From positions 1 through 48,039 of the forward strand of contig JAHEBB010000001.1 in NCBI GenBank assembly GCA_024642575.1: DNA of 48,039 bases, written 5' to 3'. The position numbers were made by a program, and so were the translations under genes. Below, in pieces: positions 17,601-25,348 of this stretch (its first letter is position 1; the number at the start of each line of letters is the position of its first letter). Source of the DNA: Trueperaceae bacterium. GTDB taxonomy: Bacteria > Deinococcota > Deinococci > Deinococcales > Trueperaceae. The notes below the pieces were generated by a model that worked only from the letters and a program-made list of their open reading frames with translations, did no database searches and had not been told where the DNA came from.

Positions 17601-19982
17601 TTGGCAAGTTGTACCGTTAGTGCTTATTTGTTTCAACAAAGCCCTACAGATGTTTATGGGCTTAACTTAGCAACAGGCTCGAGCACTTTACTCGCAAGCG
17701 ATATTGGTAATATTCAGGTCAACGCTATAGGTTTTAACCCGCTGGATAATTTCATCTATGGTTCAAATAACACCAATAGCAACGGCACAATCGCAAAAGT
17801 AGATGGCAGTTTTAATGTTATAAGCCTTGGCCCCATAGTAGGTTTACCTCTAACAAGTTTTAATACAGGTGACGTAAGCCCTGCTGGCAAACTCTACCTT
17901 TATGGAAGTTATGGAAGTAATCTGTTGCAAGTTGTCGATGTAAATTCAAGTTCGGCCACCTATTTGCAATTGACTACACTTACCCTCTCGCAAGGCTTAT
18001 CGCTGACAGATTTAGCTTTTAACCCCATAGATGAGATGATTTATACGGTAGCTAACAATACTAAGAACCTGTACCGTATTAATCCAACAACAGGCGTGGT
18101 AACTGATCTGGGTAATACGGGTATTGCGGGTACATCTACCTTTGGAGCCCAGTTTTATGATGCCGATGGTTTTATGTACCTCTCTAGAAATCAAGATGGC
18201 AATATCTACCGAGTAGATACAAGAAACCCAGCCAGTATTTCTGCTACCGCAACCTTTTTTGCCAGTGGACCATTGTCTGGAACCAATGATGGTGCACGCT
18301 GTATGTACGCGCCTGTTTTAAATGACTATGGTGACGCACCTTCAAGTTATAAAACGCTATTAAATGATAGTGGTGCCAAGCATGATATTTCTTTAGGTAC
18401 AAGCTACTATCTAGGTTCAAATGCTCCTGATGCTGAAATTGATGGACAGCCTTCAAATGGTGCCAATGCCGATGGTAGTGATGAAGACGGCGTAACCTGG
18501 AAGGGCAGTGACTTAAATGGTCAGACTGTGAGCTATGTGGATAGCTCGAGCCTCATCGTAACCACCACGGGTAATGCTTATTTGCAAGCCTGGATTGACT
18601 GGGACGGAAACGGTACGTTTGATAATGATGAGCAAATTGCCAAAAACTTTCGCCCGGTTGCAGGTCAAATCAAGATTCCCTTTAGCATGCCTTTTGACGC
18701 CGTTGCAGGTGTCAGCTACGCTCGTTTTCGCTACAGTACGGATCTTAATTTGGGGGCTAGTGGAGCAGCTAGCGATGGTGAAGTTGAAGATTACCGCCTT
18801 ACCCTGGTCAATGCGGGCATTTCAGGTACGGTTTTTTACGATGATGGACGAGGTGGGGGTACAGCCAATAATAGCCTGCAAGATGGTACCGAGTTGGGGG
18901 CTAGCGGTATACGCATGACTGCCAGTGATGGAACGAATAGTGTTTCAACGCTCACCGATGGTGCAGGGAATTACCAGCTTGTTATTCCACCAGGCTTTGG
19001 TGCAAATGTCACCCTTTCTCACACGCATTATCCGGCTACAGGAACCAGTGTGTCAGGTCTCTTTGTTTCGCAATGCTTGGCAACAGGTATCAGAGACGTG
19101 CATGCCGCTAGCCGCATCCTTAGCGATACAAACTGCTCTGGAAGTATTGACGGGCTCGAGCCTGGCTATGTGAGTGGCACCAGCTATACCAACTATGACT
19201 TTGGCATTATTGAAGCGGTTAGCTTAAAACCAGATCAAAATGGTCAGGCAACAAGCCCTGACGCTGTTTCCTATACCCATCTGTTTAGTCCTGGAACGCT
19301 TGGCGCGGTTAGCTTGAGCGTATCAGGCGGACGTTACAGCTATCAGGTCTTTTTAGATAGTGATTGTAATGGCATCATTGACCCAGCTGAACAAAGCGAT
19401 GTGCTTAGTACGGGCTTTACGGTGGGTTCAGGCTGGGCCAGAGATGATGATGGTCGTCTGGCTGCTTGTGCGCTCGAGCTGCGGGTAATTGTGCCTGCGG
19501 GAGAAGTGAATGGTCGATTAGATATTGCTGGGCTCGAGGCTTCACTCTTTTGGGCAACCAGCGAAATGGTCACGGATGAAAGTGATGTCACTGACATGAC
19601 GACTATAAACAGCGGTGCCACCTTAAAAGTCAGCAAGCGCGTTCGAAATATTACTGAAGGAGGCAGCTTTGCAGTTCGTACCGAAGGCTCTCCAGGAGAT
19701 GTACTGGAGTATTGTATTAGTTACGAAAATATTGGTATTAACCCGCTTAATAATGTGCAAATGAGTGATCCACTGCCCTACTTCACCAGTTTTGAGAGTG
19801 ATGGTTATGATACAGGTGCAGGAGATCAGAGTATTCAGTGGACAGCGGCAAGCACAACTCTTTTAAGTCAAGCCCAAGATGTTGATGTTGGTTCTTTTGA
19901 TAACAGTTTTGTTTGGCTCTCGGTAGGAACGGTTGCACCAGGAGCTACGGGAAGCCTATGTTACAAAGCAAGTATTGATTAG
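14688..19982 (+). CDS. Giant secreted multi-domain adhesin-like protein, 1764 aa (cluster gene E)
   Basis: AAGGA lies upstream of the ATG and the signal peptide is CISFILLVLFGHSASAQ. There is a DUF11-like block (LGPLTVTYTVNIQNSSGYTLYLDSVKDILP). Two prealbumin-fold (SpaA-like) modules end in NIVCTFTNV and NIICTFVSQ. Two GEVED modules run from GDAPASYG to WIDFNKNGSFEASE to GEVEDYSL, and from GDAPSSYK to WIDWDGNGTFDNDE to GEVEDYRL. Each is followed by an SdrD-B-like ISGTVF block. A propeller-like segment is also present (AIGFNPLDNFIYGSNN, DLAFNPIDEMIYTV, DADGFMYLSRNQDGNIYRVD). The C-terminal DUF11 core is GSPGDVLEYCISYENIGINPLNNVQMSDPLPYFTSF. Confidence 0.8.
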   Translation: MKWLRWLNTRIVFRHCLVLNLELKQCLFCISFILLVLFGHSASAQTLSYTGQPSFFRADRGSTNVASSGYISYQFTSSSACSDVWIRLNSISGLEGKLTLATNEDGLFRVGPMTTSETKAAYFYLKTTGISTVAATLSTSAFCGRPGQVGTTTLLTTSNTISSIASTQAASPQTLISTLVCSSPQVGSVCSLKVISDQGNMGGSGVMAWAPASAADWPADTFELFSTTINVNMTDINGDKICETTADSFTLLNDLYDDNTQGTKDGLSAKLYCAEYLFRLKDSFANPSAIKTSLLMYASSGGPIKFTGNFDDPLFTLSLPPSSNNVILSKSVSPTSALLGPLTVTYTVNIQNSSGYTLYLDSVKDILPSSPAVVVYVSGSSSFAGSSIPDPSQSGQTLTWNRLFTVPNGGTTLRYQASILNTFGTYTNSVTALIGSTQIDTTVNTGDNQPATASFKLGSGTITLRKTALGGNGSFDFSSSDSNLDSVSLAVTNGNTVSSSGFTKTEGSYTVSEDSLSGWNLESISCTGDTDNGSSVNLGLRSVTIDLDINENIVCTFTNVKNGSIQIIKNTIPDDAQDFDFVTTGTGLSSFSLDDDADSSKSNSITFSNLAPGNYNISESINTIWALTGLSCTGASSSTIAYLGASAGTNVFEMGDNSVAINLGASENIICTFVSQPADFGDAPASYGNARHIIPTTPGIYLGGVAPDSEARSQNTVNGGIDGSGDDTSGTDDEDGIVISKLLTSSSTNFSIPASDITLTNTSGSSATLHAWIDFNKNGSFEASEYASATVSSGITNGHPATGLSWTGLSGLSNGTTYARFRLTTTSLSDSGGTTFDDRAVGEAANGEVEDYSLSIVSGISGTVFKDENSNDTLEGSDVGVAAISVKFYRDSNSNSLFDPATDTLIDTDVTVSGGLFSLGASTTGTYFVVLQHLDPNMPSGYLPDRTVRLVSFSGSSVAGENFPLDPVTTSLASCTVSAYLFQQSPTDVYGLNLATGSSTLLASDIGNIQVNAIGFNPLDNFIYGSNNTNSNGTIAKVDGSFNVISLGPIVGLPLTSFNTGDVSPAGKLYLYGSYGSNLLQVVDVNSSSATYLQLTTLTLSQGLSLTDLAFNPIDEMIYTVANNTKNLYRINPTTGVVTDLGNTGIAGTSTFGAQFYDADGFMYLSRNQDGNIYRVDTRNPASISATATFFASGPLSGTNDGARCMYAPVLNDYGDAPSSYKTLLNDSGAKHDISLGTSYYLGSNAPDAEIDGQPSNGANADGSDEDGVTWKGSDLNGQTVSYVDSSSLIVTTTGNAYLQAWIDWDGNGTFDNDEQIAKNFRPVAGQIKIPFSMPFDAVAGVSYARFRYSTDLNLGASGAASDGEVEDYRLTLVNAGISGTVFYDDGRGGGTANNSLQDGTELGASGIRMTASDGTNSVSTLTDGAGNYQLVIPPGFGANVTLSHTHYPATGTSVSGLFVSQCLATGIRDVHAASRILSDTNCSGSIDGLEPGYVSGTSYTNYDFGIIEAVSLKPDQNGQATSPDAVSYTHLFSPGTLGAVSLSVSGGRYSYQVFLDSDCNGIIDPAEQSDVLSTGFTVGSGWARDDDGRLAACALELRVIVPAGEVNGRLDIAGLEASLFWATSEMVTDESDVTDMTTINSGATLKVSKRVRNITEGGSFAVRTEGSPGDVLEYCISYENIGINPLNNVQMSDPLPYFTSFESDGYDTGAGDQSIQWTAASTTLLSQAQDVDVGSFDNSFVWLSVGTVAPGATGSLCYKASID

Positions 19983-19988
19983 GATTAG

Positions 19989-21812
19989 TTAGGCTTTTAG
20001 ATCAGATGCGCTAGATAAAGGAATCGAGATAAAAATCTCTGTGCCTTGACCTGGTGATGACCTTATACTTATATTGCCTTTTACCAGTTGTATGCGCTCT
20101 GCCAAGCCTAAAAGCCCAAAATGTTGCTTGCTGGAAAGCTCATGAAGATCAGTGGGTACAATAAAGCCTTTGCCATTGTCTTCGACGCATAAACTTAAAC
20201 TGTCTGTGTGCTGAGTCAAACTTATGCTAATAAGACTTGCTTTTGCGTGTTTGTTTATATTACTAAGGATTTCCTGAGTTGAGCGAAACAAAGTCAGATT
20301 AATTTCATCGGCTAATTCACCGCTAAGGTTATACGAAAAATTAATGGCAATAGCATAATCACGCTTAAAACGTCCAAAATAACCCTCTAAGGCTGAGATT
20401 AAGCCAAATTCGTCTAGACCTGCGGGTCTTAAGTCATTGATGGCAGCACGCAACTGCTTAATGGTTTTGGTAATGTCTTGTCGCCACTGACCAACCCTTA
20501 ACATGAGTTCAGCTAAGTCATAGTCTTGACCACTAGGGTTTCGACATAGATTTGACATCGAGTAACTAAGCCCAACCAGGTCTTGTACAGGGCCATCATG
20601 GATGTCCCTGGCTAGCCTTCGGCGCTCTTCTTCGCGGCTTTGCGCCAGTTTTCGACTTATTTGTGCCAGGCTAAGATCGCGTTCCTTTAACTGGGTACTA
20701 TCTCTAATGGTGTATAGATAACCAAGGTTTTCAGAACCATTTCGCAAAGAACTGACCGTGACTTCAGCAAAAAAGCTCGAGTTATCTTTTTTGATAAAAT
20801 TGATTTCGGGAAAATAGAGCCCTTCTTCAGTAACAGAGGTTAATTTTGATTGAAATTGACTAAAATTCATGGCTGAGTGAAAGAGAATCCAAATGTTTCT
20901 GCCAAAAAGTTCTGCTTCAGGGTAGTCAAAAAGCTCCTTCGCTTTGGGATTTGCGCTGCTAATACGCCCCAAGGTTGTGGTGCTGATAACCGCATCAAAT
21001 TGAGAAGTAAAAATAGCCTTATATCTTGTTTCTTCTTCTATGAGGGCGCGTTGCTGAGCTTTTTTCTCAGATATATCGATGATGGAGCCGGTAAACCCAG
21101 CCATTTCCCCTTCAGAACCAAAGCGAACCCTGCTACTAAATTGCATATAATAATAATGTTCCTGATGTTTAAGCCTAAGCTCAGCATCAAAACTTGTTTG
21201 TTTGAAAAAAGCCTCCACTAAGTTTTGCTTAAACAAAGGTAAATCCTCAGGATGAAAGCGCTCGAGCCAGCTATGACCAAGGGCCTCATCTTGTCTTAAG
21301 CCTAAAAACCTTTGTAAATCTCGATTTAGAAATTCGGCATTGCCAAGTCTGTCACTCATCCAAATCATGACAGGGGCAGCGTCAGCCAGAGAGCTGAACT
21401 GTTGCTTACTCGCTTCAAGCGCCCGTTTCATTTTTTGCTGTTTAAGAGCGTTTTGAATAATGCGACTCACGGCAGCTTGGGTTAGGTTTTGCTTGATAAG
21501 GTAGTCAATCGCCCCCTCTTTCATCGCCTCTACGGCTATTTCTTCGTTGCCTGAGCCTGTTAGCATGGCAAAACTAGGTTGCAGAGGCAGCGCATAATGC
21601 TGGGTTCTTAGCTTTTTTAAGGTTTCAACCCCCGTACCATCGGGAAGCAAAAAATCTAAAAAAACCAGGTCAATGGGCTGCTTTGCCAGTGTACCCAAGG
21701 CTTCTTCCGCGGTTTCTGCTTCAAAAATATTGCCTTCAAACCCTAGCTGCTTTAGGTGTCGCTTCAGAATCTTTCGGTCATACAGGTTGTCGTCAACAAT
21801 AAGTAGGTTCAT
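19989..21812 (-). CDS. Hybrid sensor: receiver (REC), two PAS domains, and a HisKA_3/HATPase_c histidine kinase
   Basis: REC is MNLLIVDDNLYDRKILK plus DLVFLDFLLPDGTG. The middle contains PAS-like segments. The HisKA_3 H-box is EERRRLARDIHDGPVQDL. The ATPase part includes DNGKGF and GLLGLAERIQLVKGNISIRSSPGQGTEIFISIP. Confidence 0.85.
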   Translation of the reverse strand: MNLLIVDDNLYDRKILKRHLKQLGFEGNIFEAETAEEALGTLAKQPIDLVFLDFLLPDGTGVETLKKLRTQHYALPLQPSFAMLTGSGNEEIAVEAMKEGAIDYLIKQNLTQAAVSRIIQNALKQQKMKRALEASKQQFSSLADAAPVMIWMSDRLGNAEFLNRDLQRFLGLRQDEALGHSWLERFHPEDLPLFKQNLVEAFFKQTSFDAELRLKHQEHYYYMQFSSRVRFGSEGEMAGFTGSIIDISEKKAQQRALIEEETRYKAIFTSQFDAVISTTTLGRISSANPKAKELFDYPEAELFGRNIWILFHSAMNFSQFQSKLTSVTEEGLYFPEINFIKKDNSSFFAEVTVSSLRNGSENLGYLYTIRDSTQLKERDLSLAQISRKLAQSREEERRRLARDIHDGPVQDLVGLSYSMSNLCRNPSGQDYDLAELMLRVGQWRQDITKTIKQLRAAINDLRPAGLDEFGLISALEGYFGRFKRDYAIAINFSYNLSGELADEINLTLFRSTQEILSNINKHAKASLISISLTQHTDSLSLCVEDNGKGFIVPTDLHELSSKQHFGLLGLAERIQLVKGNISIRSSPGQGTEIFISIPLSSASDLKA

Positions 21813-21818
21813 GCAGAC

Positions 21819-22259
21819 CTAAAGATACGTTAGCCGCCGAGTATCAATAACAATTGACCAGTAGGCAGCAAAAATGGCTAGAATTTTCTTGAAGGCCATA
21901 AAATCAACAGGTTTTACCATGTAGGAATTTGCACCGTACTGGTAACACAAATCAATATCTTGAGGACTTGATGAAGTACTTAAAATAATAATGGGTATGC
22001 GTTTAAAAGGAGAGGTTTGTTTTAATTCTTGCAAAATGTCGCGACCATCGGTGCCAGGCATATTTAAGTCAAGTAAGACGAGATCGGGAAGTTCGGGTTC
22101 AGGCAAACCTTGGAGGGTTTGCATCGCCCTATCACCTGATTCAAAATGCTCAATATGAAAGCTGTAGCCTGAAGCTTTTAAGCCTCGGCGAGCAGCTACA
22201 AAATCCTCTTTACTATCTTCAACCATCCACAGCTTTAAAGGTTGCAGGTTTGAACTCAT
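21819..22259 (-). CDS. Single-domain CheY-like response regulator, phytochrome-associated Rcp1/BphR type
   Basis: 146 aa. Motifs are LKLWMVEDSKEDF, PDLVLLDLNMPGTDGRDILQELKQTSPFKRIPIIILSTSS and YMVKP. The gene overlaps the bphP stop codon by 4 bp. Confidence 0.9.
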   Translation of the reverse strand: MSSNLQPLKLWMVEDSKEDFVAARRGLKASGYSFHIEHFESGDRAMQTLQGLPEPELPDLVLLDLNMPGTDGRDILQELKQTSPFKRIPIIILSTSSSPQDIDLCYQYGANSYMVKPVDFMAFKKILAIFAAYWSIVIDTRRLTYL

Positions 22260-24472
22260 AGGGTCTCCTCGGGGCTCAAAGTAAAATAAAAGGTGGTGCC
22301 CTCTTCATCAGACTCGAGCCATATCTTGCCACCATGTCGCTCAATTATCTTTTTGACAATGGTTAAGCCCATCCCCGTACCTCCGCCGTAAGCATTTTTG
22401 GCATGAAGACGTTTAAAAAGTTTGAAAATATCTGCCTGATGTTTTGCGGGAACGCCTATGCCATTGTCCTTGATAAAAAAGAGCGGGGCTTGTCCTGGCC
22501 TATCTTTGCTACCAATCTGGATTACAGGCGGGCTCGAGCTGTTGTACTTTAGTGCATTGGTAATTAAGTTATTAAAAACCTCTCTAAGCCTTACACGATC
22601 GGCAAATACGATAGGCAGGTTCTCTACCCGAAGCTCTGCTTGAGAAGCTTTAAGTCTCGGAACGAGCAGCTCTTTAACCTCGTCAACCAGCTCATTGGGA
22701 GACGTTTCCTGCAAGGATAAATCGACGCGCCCAACACGAGAAAAGTGAAGCAGTGAGTTAATCAAGTCTTCCATTCGCTGGGACAAAGAGACCAAGGTAT
22801 GCAGCTGCTCTACCCCTTCTTGATCGAGTTGGGCTTCATAGTCCTCAAGTAAAAAGCTGGCGTAGTTATGAATGCCTCTTAAGGGTTCTTTGAGATCATG
22901 CGAGGCAATATAGGCAAACGAGTCGAGTTCGGCATTTGAGCGCTCGAGCTCTCTATTAAGCCGATTGAGATCATCCATATAACGAAATACCGCATTGATT
23001 AAAGTGTTTCTAAGTTCTGAAACGGCTGAGAGGTGATAGTTTTGCCAACTTAAAGAGCGACACCTAACTGATTCTTGCCAGGCGGCAAAAGAGCTTCGCG
23101 GCCTTAAAGTTTCACCCTCTTTTAGTTTTTCAGGTTTTCCGCCCCAACTTACCGTCTGAATAACTTCGGGTCGAAACCAGATTAGGTACATGGCCTGTGT
23201 TTGCGAAATGGCTATTGCCATCAGCCCTGCAAAGCGTTCTCCCATGCTCATCTGATTTGGATAAACGTCTCTCAGTCTATCTGTAACAAAGAGGCTAGGC
23301 TTAGGGGAACTTTTAAGCCAGCTTATAAATTCTTTTAAAGCTGCATTAGGAGGCGTTTTACCAAGGCAGGTGAATTCGTCATTATGACTTATGGCAACGC
23401 CATCCGCTGCTGCCAGCGTTAGCAAATCGTCCCCGCAATCTGCCAAATCCTGAAGAAAGTTTTCCCCAGCGGCAACCCGCTTGATACAACGTAACAGCGC
23501 TTCCCTAACCTTAAGCTCTTGAGCAAAATGATCACTATCTAACTTGGTAGAAAGTTGCATGGAAAAAACCTGCCCTAAAAACTCACAAGCGCTTAAGGTT
23601 TCATAGGCAATGGTTTTAGGGCTTTCATGATGACAGGCAATTAACCCCCAGAGTTTTTCATCTTTGATTAAAGAAATAGATAAAGACGCACCAACCCCCA
23701 TATTTTTTAAGTACTCAATGTGTATCGGTGAAACGCTTCTTAAAAAGCTGTAGCTCATATCTAGAGGTTCTTGGGTATGAGGGTTCACGTAAGGCTCGAG
23801 CGCTACTGCCTGGTAATCGACATCAGCAATATGTCTGATCCAGTTTTGCGTATAAAGTCGTCTTGCTTGCACAGGAATATCGGTTGCGGGAAAGTGCAAA
23901 CCTAAAAACGCTTCCGCAGAATCTGAGCGGGCTTCGGCAATAACCTCACCGTGCCAGTCACTATCAAACTTGTAAACCATGACGCGATCAAAGTCGATAA
24001 GCTTTCGAACCTCATCGGCCATTACCTGACAAAGCTCATGCTGATTTTTTGAAAGGCTAAGGCGAGGGCTAGAAAGTCTAAGAGACTGATAAATTTCATG
24101 ATTGTTAGCCGCACTAGGCTCGAGTTCCAAGACAAGCAAACCATCTATTCTATGAGGCACAACAGTAAAGGGCCCGGTTTTTAGCTCGAGTTTTAAAGGA
24201 TGAGCGTATTTTTCCGCTTCATTAAAAACCAGTTGACTAAGCTCAAGAGCCTCTTTATTAAAAAGGTCAGTTAAGGGTTTACCCAAAATTTCCTCAGGGT
24301 TTAAACCCGTAAGACTTTCTAGGTTACGGCTATATTGGATGAGGCTTCCATCATGAAATACCAGCAAAGCACCTCTAGGTTGAATGCTTCCTGGTATATG
24401 AATAGGCTCGCGGTCGCAGTTACTCAAATTGACGACTTCATCTGGAATTAAAAATTTGCTTTCTAAACTCAT
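22256..24472 (-). CDS. bphP: Bacteriophytochrome histidine kinase (PAS-GAF-PHY-HisKA-HATPase)
   Basis: The N-terminal biliverdin-site motif is SNCDREPIHIPGSIQPRGALLVF. The GAF DIP motif is HFPATDIPVQARRLY. SPIHIEYLKNMGVGASLSISL is present. PHY tongue motifs are WGGKPEK and PRSSFAAWQE. The H-box is ASHDLKEPLRGI, and the G-boxes are DNGIGV and GTGMGLTIVKKIIERHGG. Confidence 0.92.
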   Translation of the reverse strand: MSLESKFLIPDEVVNLSNCDREPIHIPGSIQPRGALLVFHDGSLIQYSRNLESLTGLNPEEILGKPLTDLFNKEALELSQLVFNEAEKYAHPLKLELKTGPFTVVPHRIDGLLVLELEPSAANNHEIYQSLRLSSPRLSLSKNQHELCQVMADEVRKLIDFDRVMVYKFDSDWHGEVIAEARSDSAEAFLGLHFPATDIPVQARRLYTQNWIRHIADVDYQAVALEPYVNPHTQEPLDMSYSFLRSVSPIHIEYLKNMGVGASLSISLIKDEKLWGLIACHHESPKTIAYETLSACEFLGQVFSMQLSTKLDSDHFAQELKVREALLRCIKRVAAGENFLQDLADCGDDLLTLAAADGVAISHNDEFTCLGKTPPNAALKEFISWLKSSPKPSLFVTDRLRDVYPNQMSMGERFAGLMAIAISQTQAMYLIWFRPEVIQTVSWGGKPEKLKEGETLRPRSSFAAWQESVRCRSLSWQNYHLSAVSELRNTLINAVFRYMDDLNRLNRELERSNAELDSFAYIASHDLKEPLRGIHNYASFLLEDYEAQLDQEGVEQLHTLVSLSQRMEDLINSLLHFSRVGRVDLSLQETSPNELVDEVKELLVPRLKASQAELRVENLPIVFADRVRLREVFNNLITNALKYNSSSPPVIQIGSKDRPGQAPLFFIKDNGIGVPAKHQADIFKLFKRLHAKNAYGGGTGMGLTIVKKIIERHGGKIWLESDEEGTTFYFTLSPEETL

Positions 24473-25026
24473 GACTTTGACATCCAGCGCGCATAAGCAT
24501 TAAAGGTTTCACTCGCTGCGCTAATCGTCATCTGTGGGTCTGGTTCTAAAGCTTCAAGTTGCTCTGCAAAGGCTTTCCACTTTTGTCCTGTTGTTTCTCG
24601 GTAAGAAGAAAAAAAATGGAGCTGATTCTCGGCAATGCCCTGCCTTTTTAAGCACCTACTAATGATTTGCCCCCCCAAGGTAGACCCTTCAAGGACATAA
24701 AGACAGCCCAAAATGCTTTCAAGTGTCCTAAGATTTGGAAAACTCGTGCAATTGTCCAGAGCATCTAGGGTTTTTGGTTTATGACCGAATCCTCTTAAAT
24801 CTCGAGCTATCAAATTGGTTTTTTGACGCTCTGACCAATCCTTTAGATGTACGCTTGCATAAGGGTGAAGTTTTGGCTCGAGGGGTTTGTAAAAGCCATA
24901 AAGTCGCTCAAGAAGGTTTTTGTAAGACTCTTTTGAAGTAATACCTTCTAAACTCATGCTTTGTTCAGTTAATTTGTGCTGCGCAGCGGTTTCACTTTTT
25001 AGTAGCTGCATAATGCCTTGACCCAC
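24469..25026 (-). CDS. bphO: Heme oxygenase (biliverdin-producing, BphO type)
   Basis: 185 aa. The HO-like N-terminus is LLKSETAAQHKLTEQS, and YVLEGSTLGG is the conserved HO block. There is a 4-bp overlap (ATGA) with the bphP start. The GTG start at 25026 has AGGAGA 6 nt upstream; the ATG at 25011 is an alternative start. Confidence 0.8.
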   Translation of the reverse strand: MGQGIMQLLKSETAAQHKLTEQSMSLEGITSKESYKNLLERLYGFYKPLEPKLHPYASVHLKDWSERQKTNLIARDLRGFGHKPKTLDALDNCTSFPNLRTLESILGCLYVLEGSTLGGQIISRCLKRQGIAENQLHFFSSYRETTGQKWKAFAEQLEALEPDPQMTISAASETFNAYARWMSKS

Positions 25027-25348
25027 GACGTTTCTCCTGGTAATAAGAAGCTAAAGCTTTCGAGCTTTTATTAAATTTTTGGGTGAAAAACCAACCATAA
25101 TAATAGACATTAGCTTGTTCAGATAGTTGCTGAATGTACAAAATAAACAATTCAAGCCTTAAAAAAGGCACTTATTTTTATTGTTTGTCCTTGCTTAAAA
25201 ATGCCAGCGCTTTGTAAAAAAGTACCCTGATACCTAATTTACTTATTGCAATAAACACTTATTTGGGTATAAGTCAGTCTTTTGTTTGAAATTGTGCTTT
25301 GCTTTAATAGATTACCTAAGGATGATAGTTACAAAGAAATGAGCCGAT

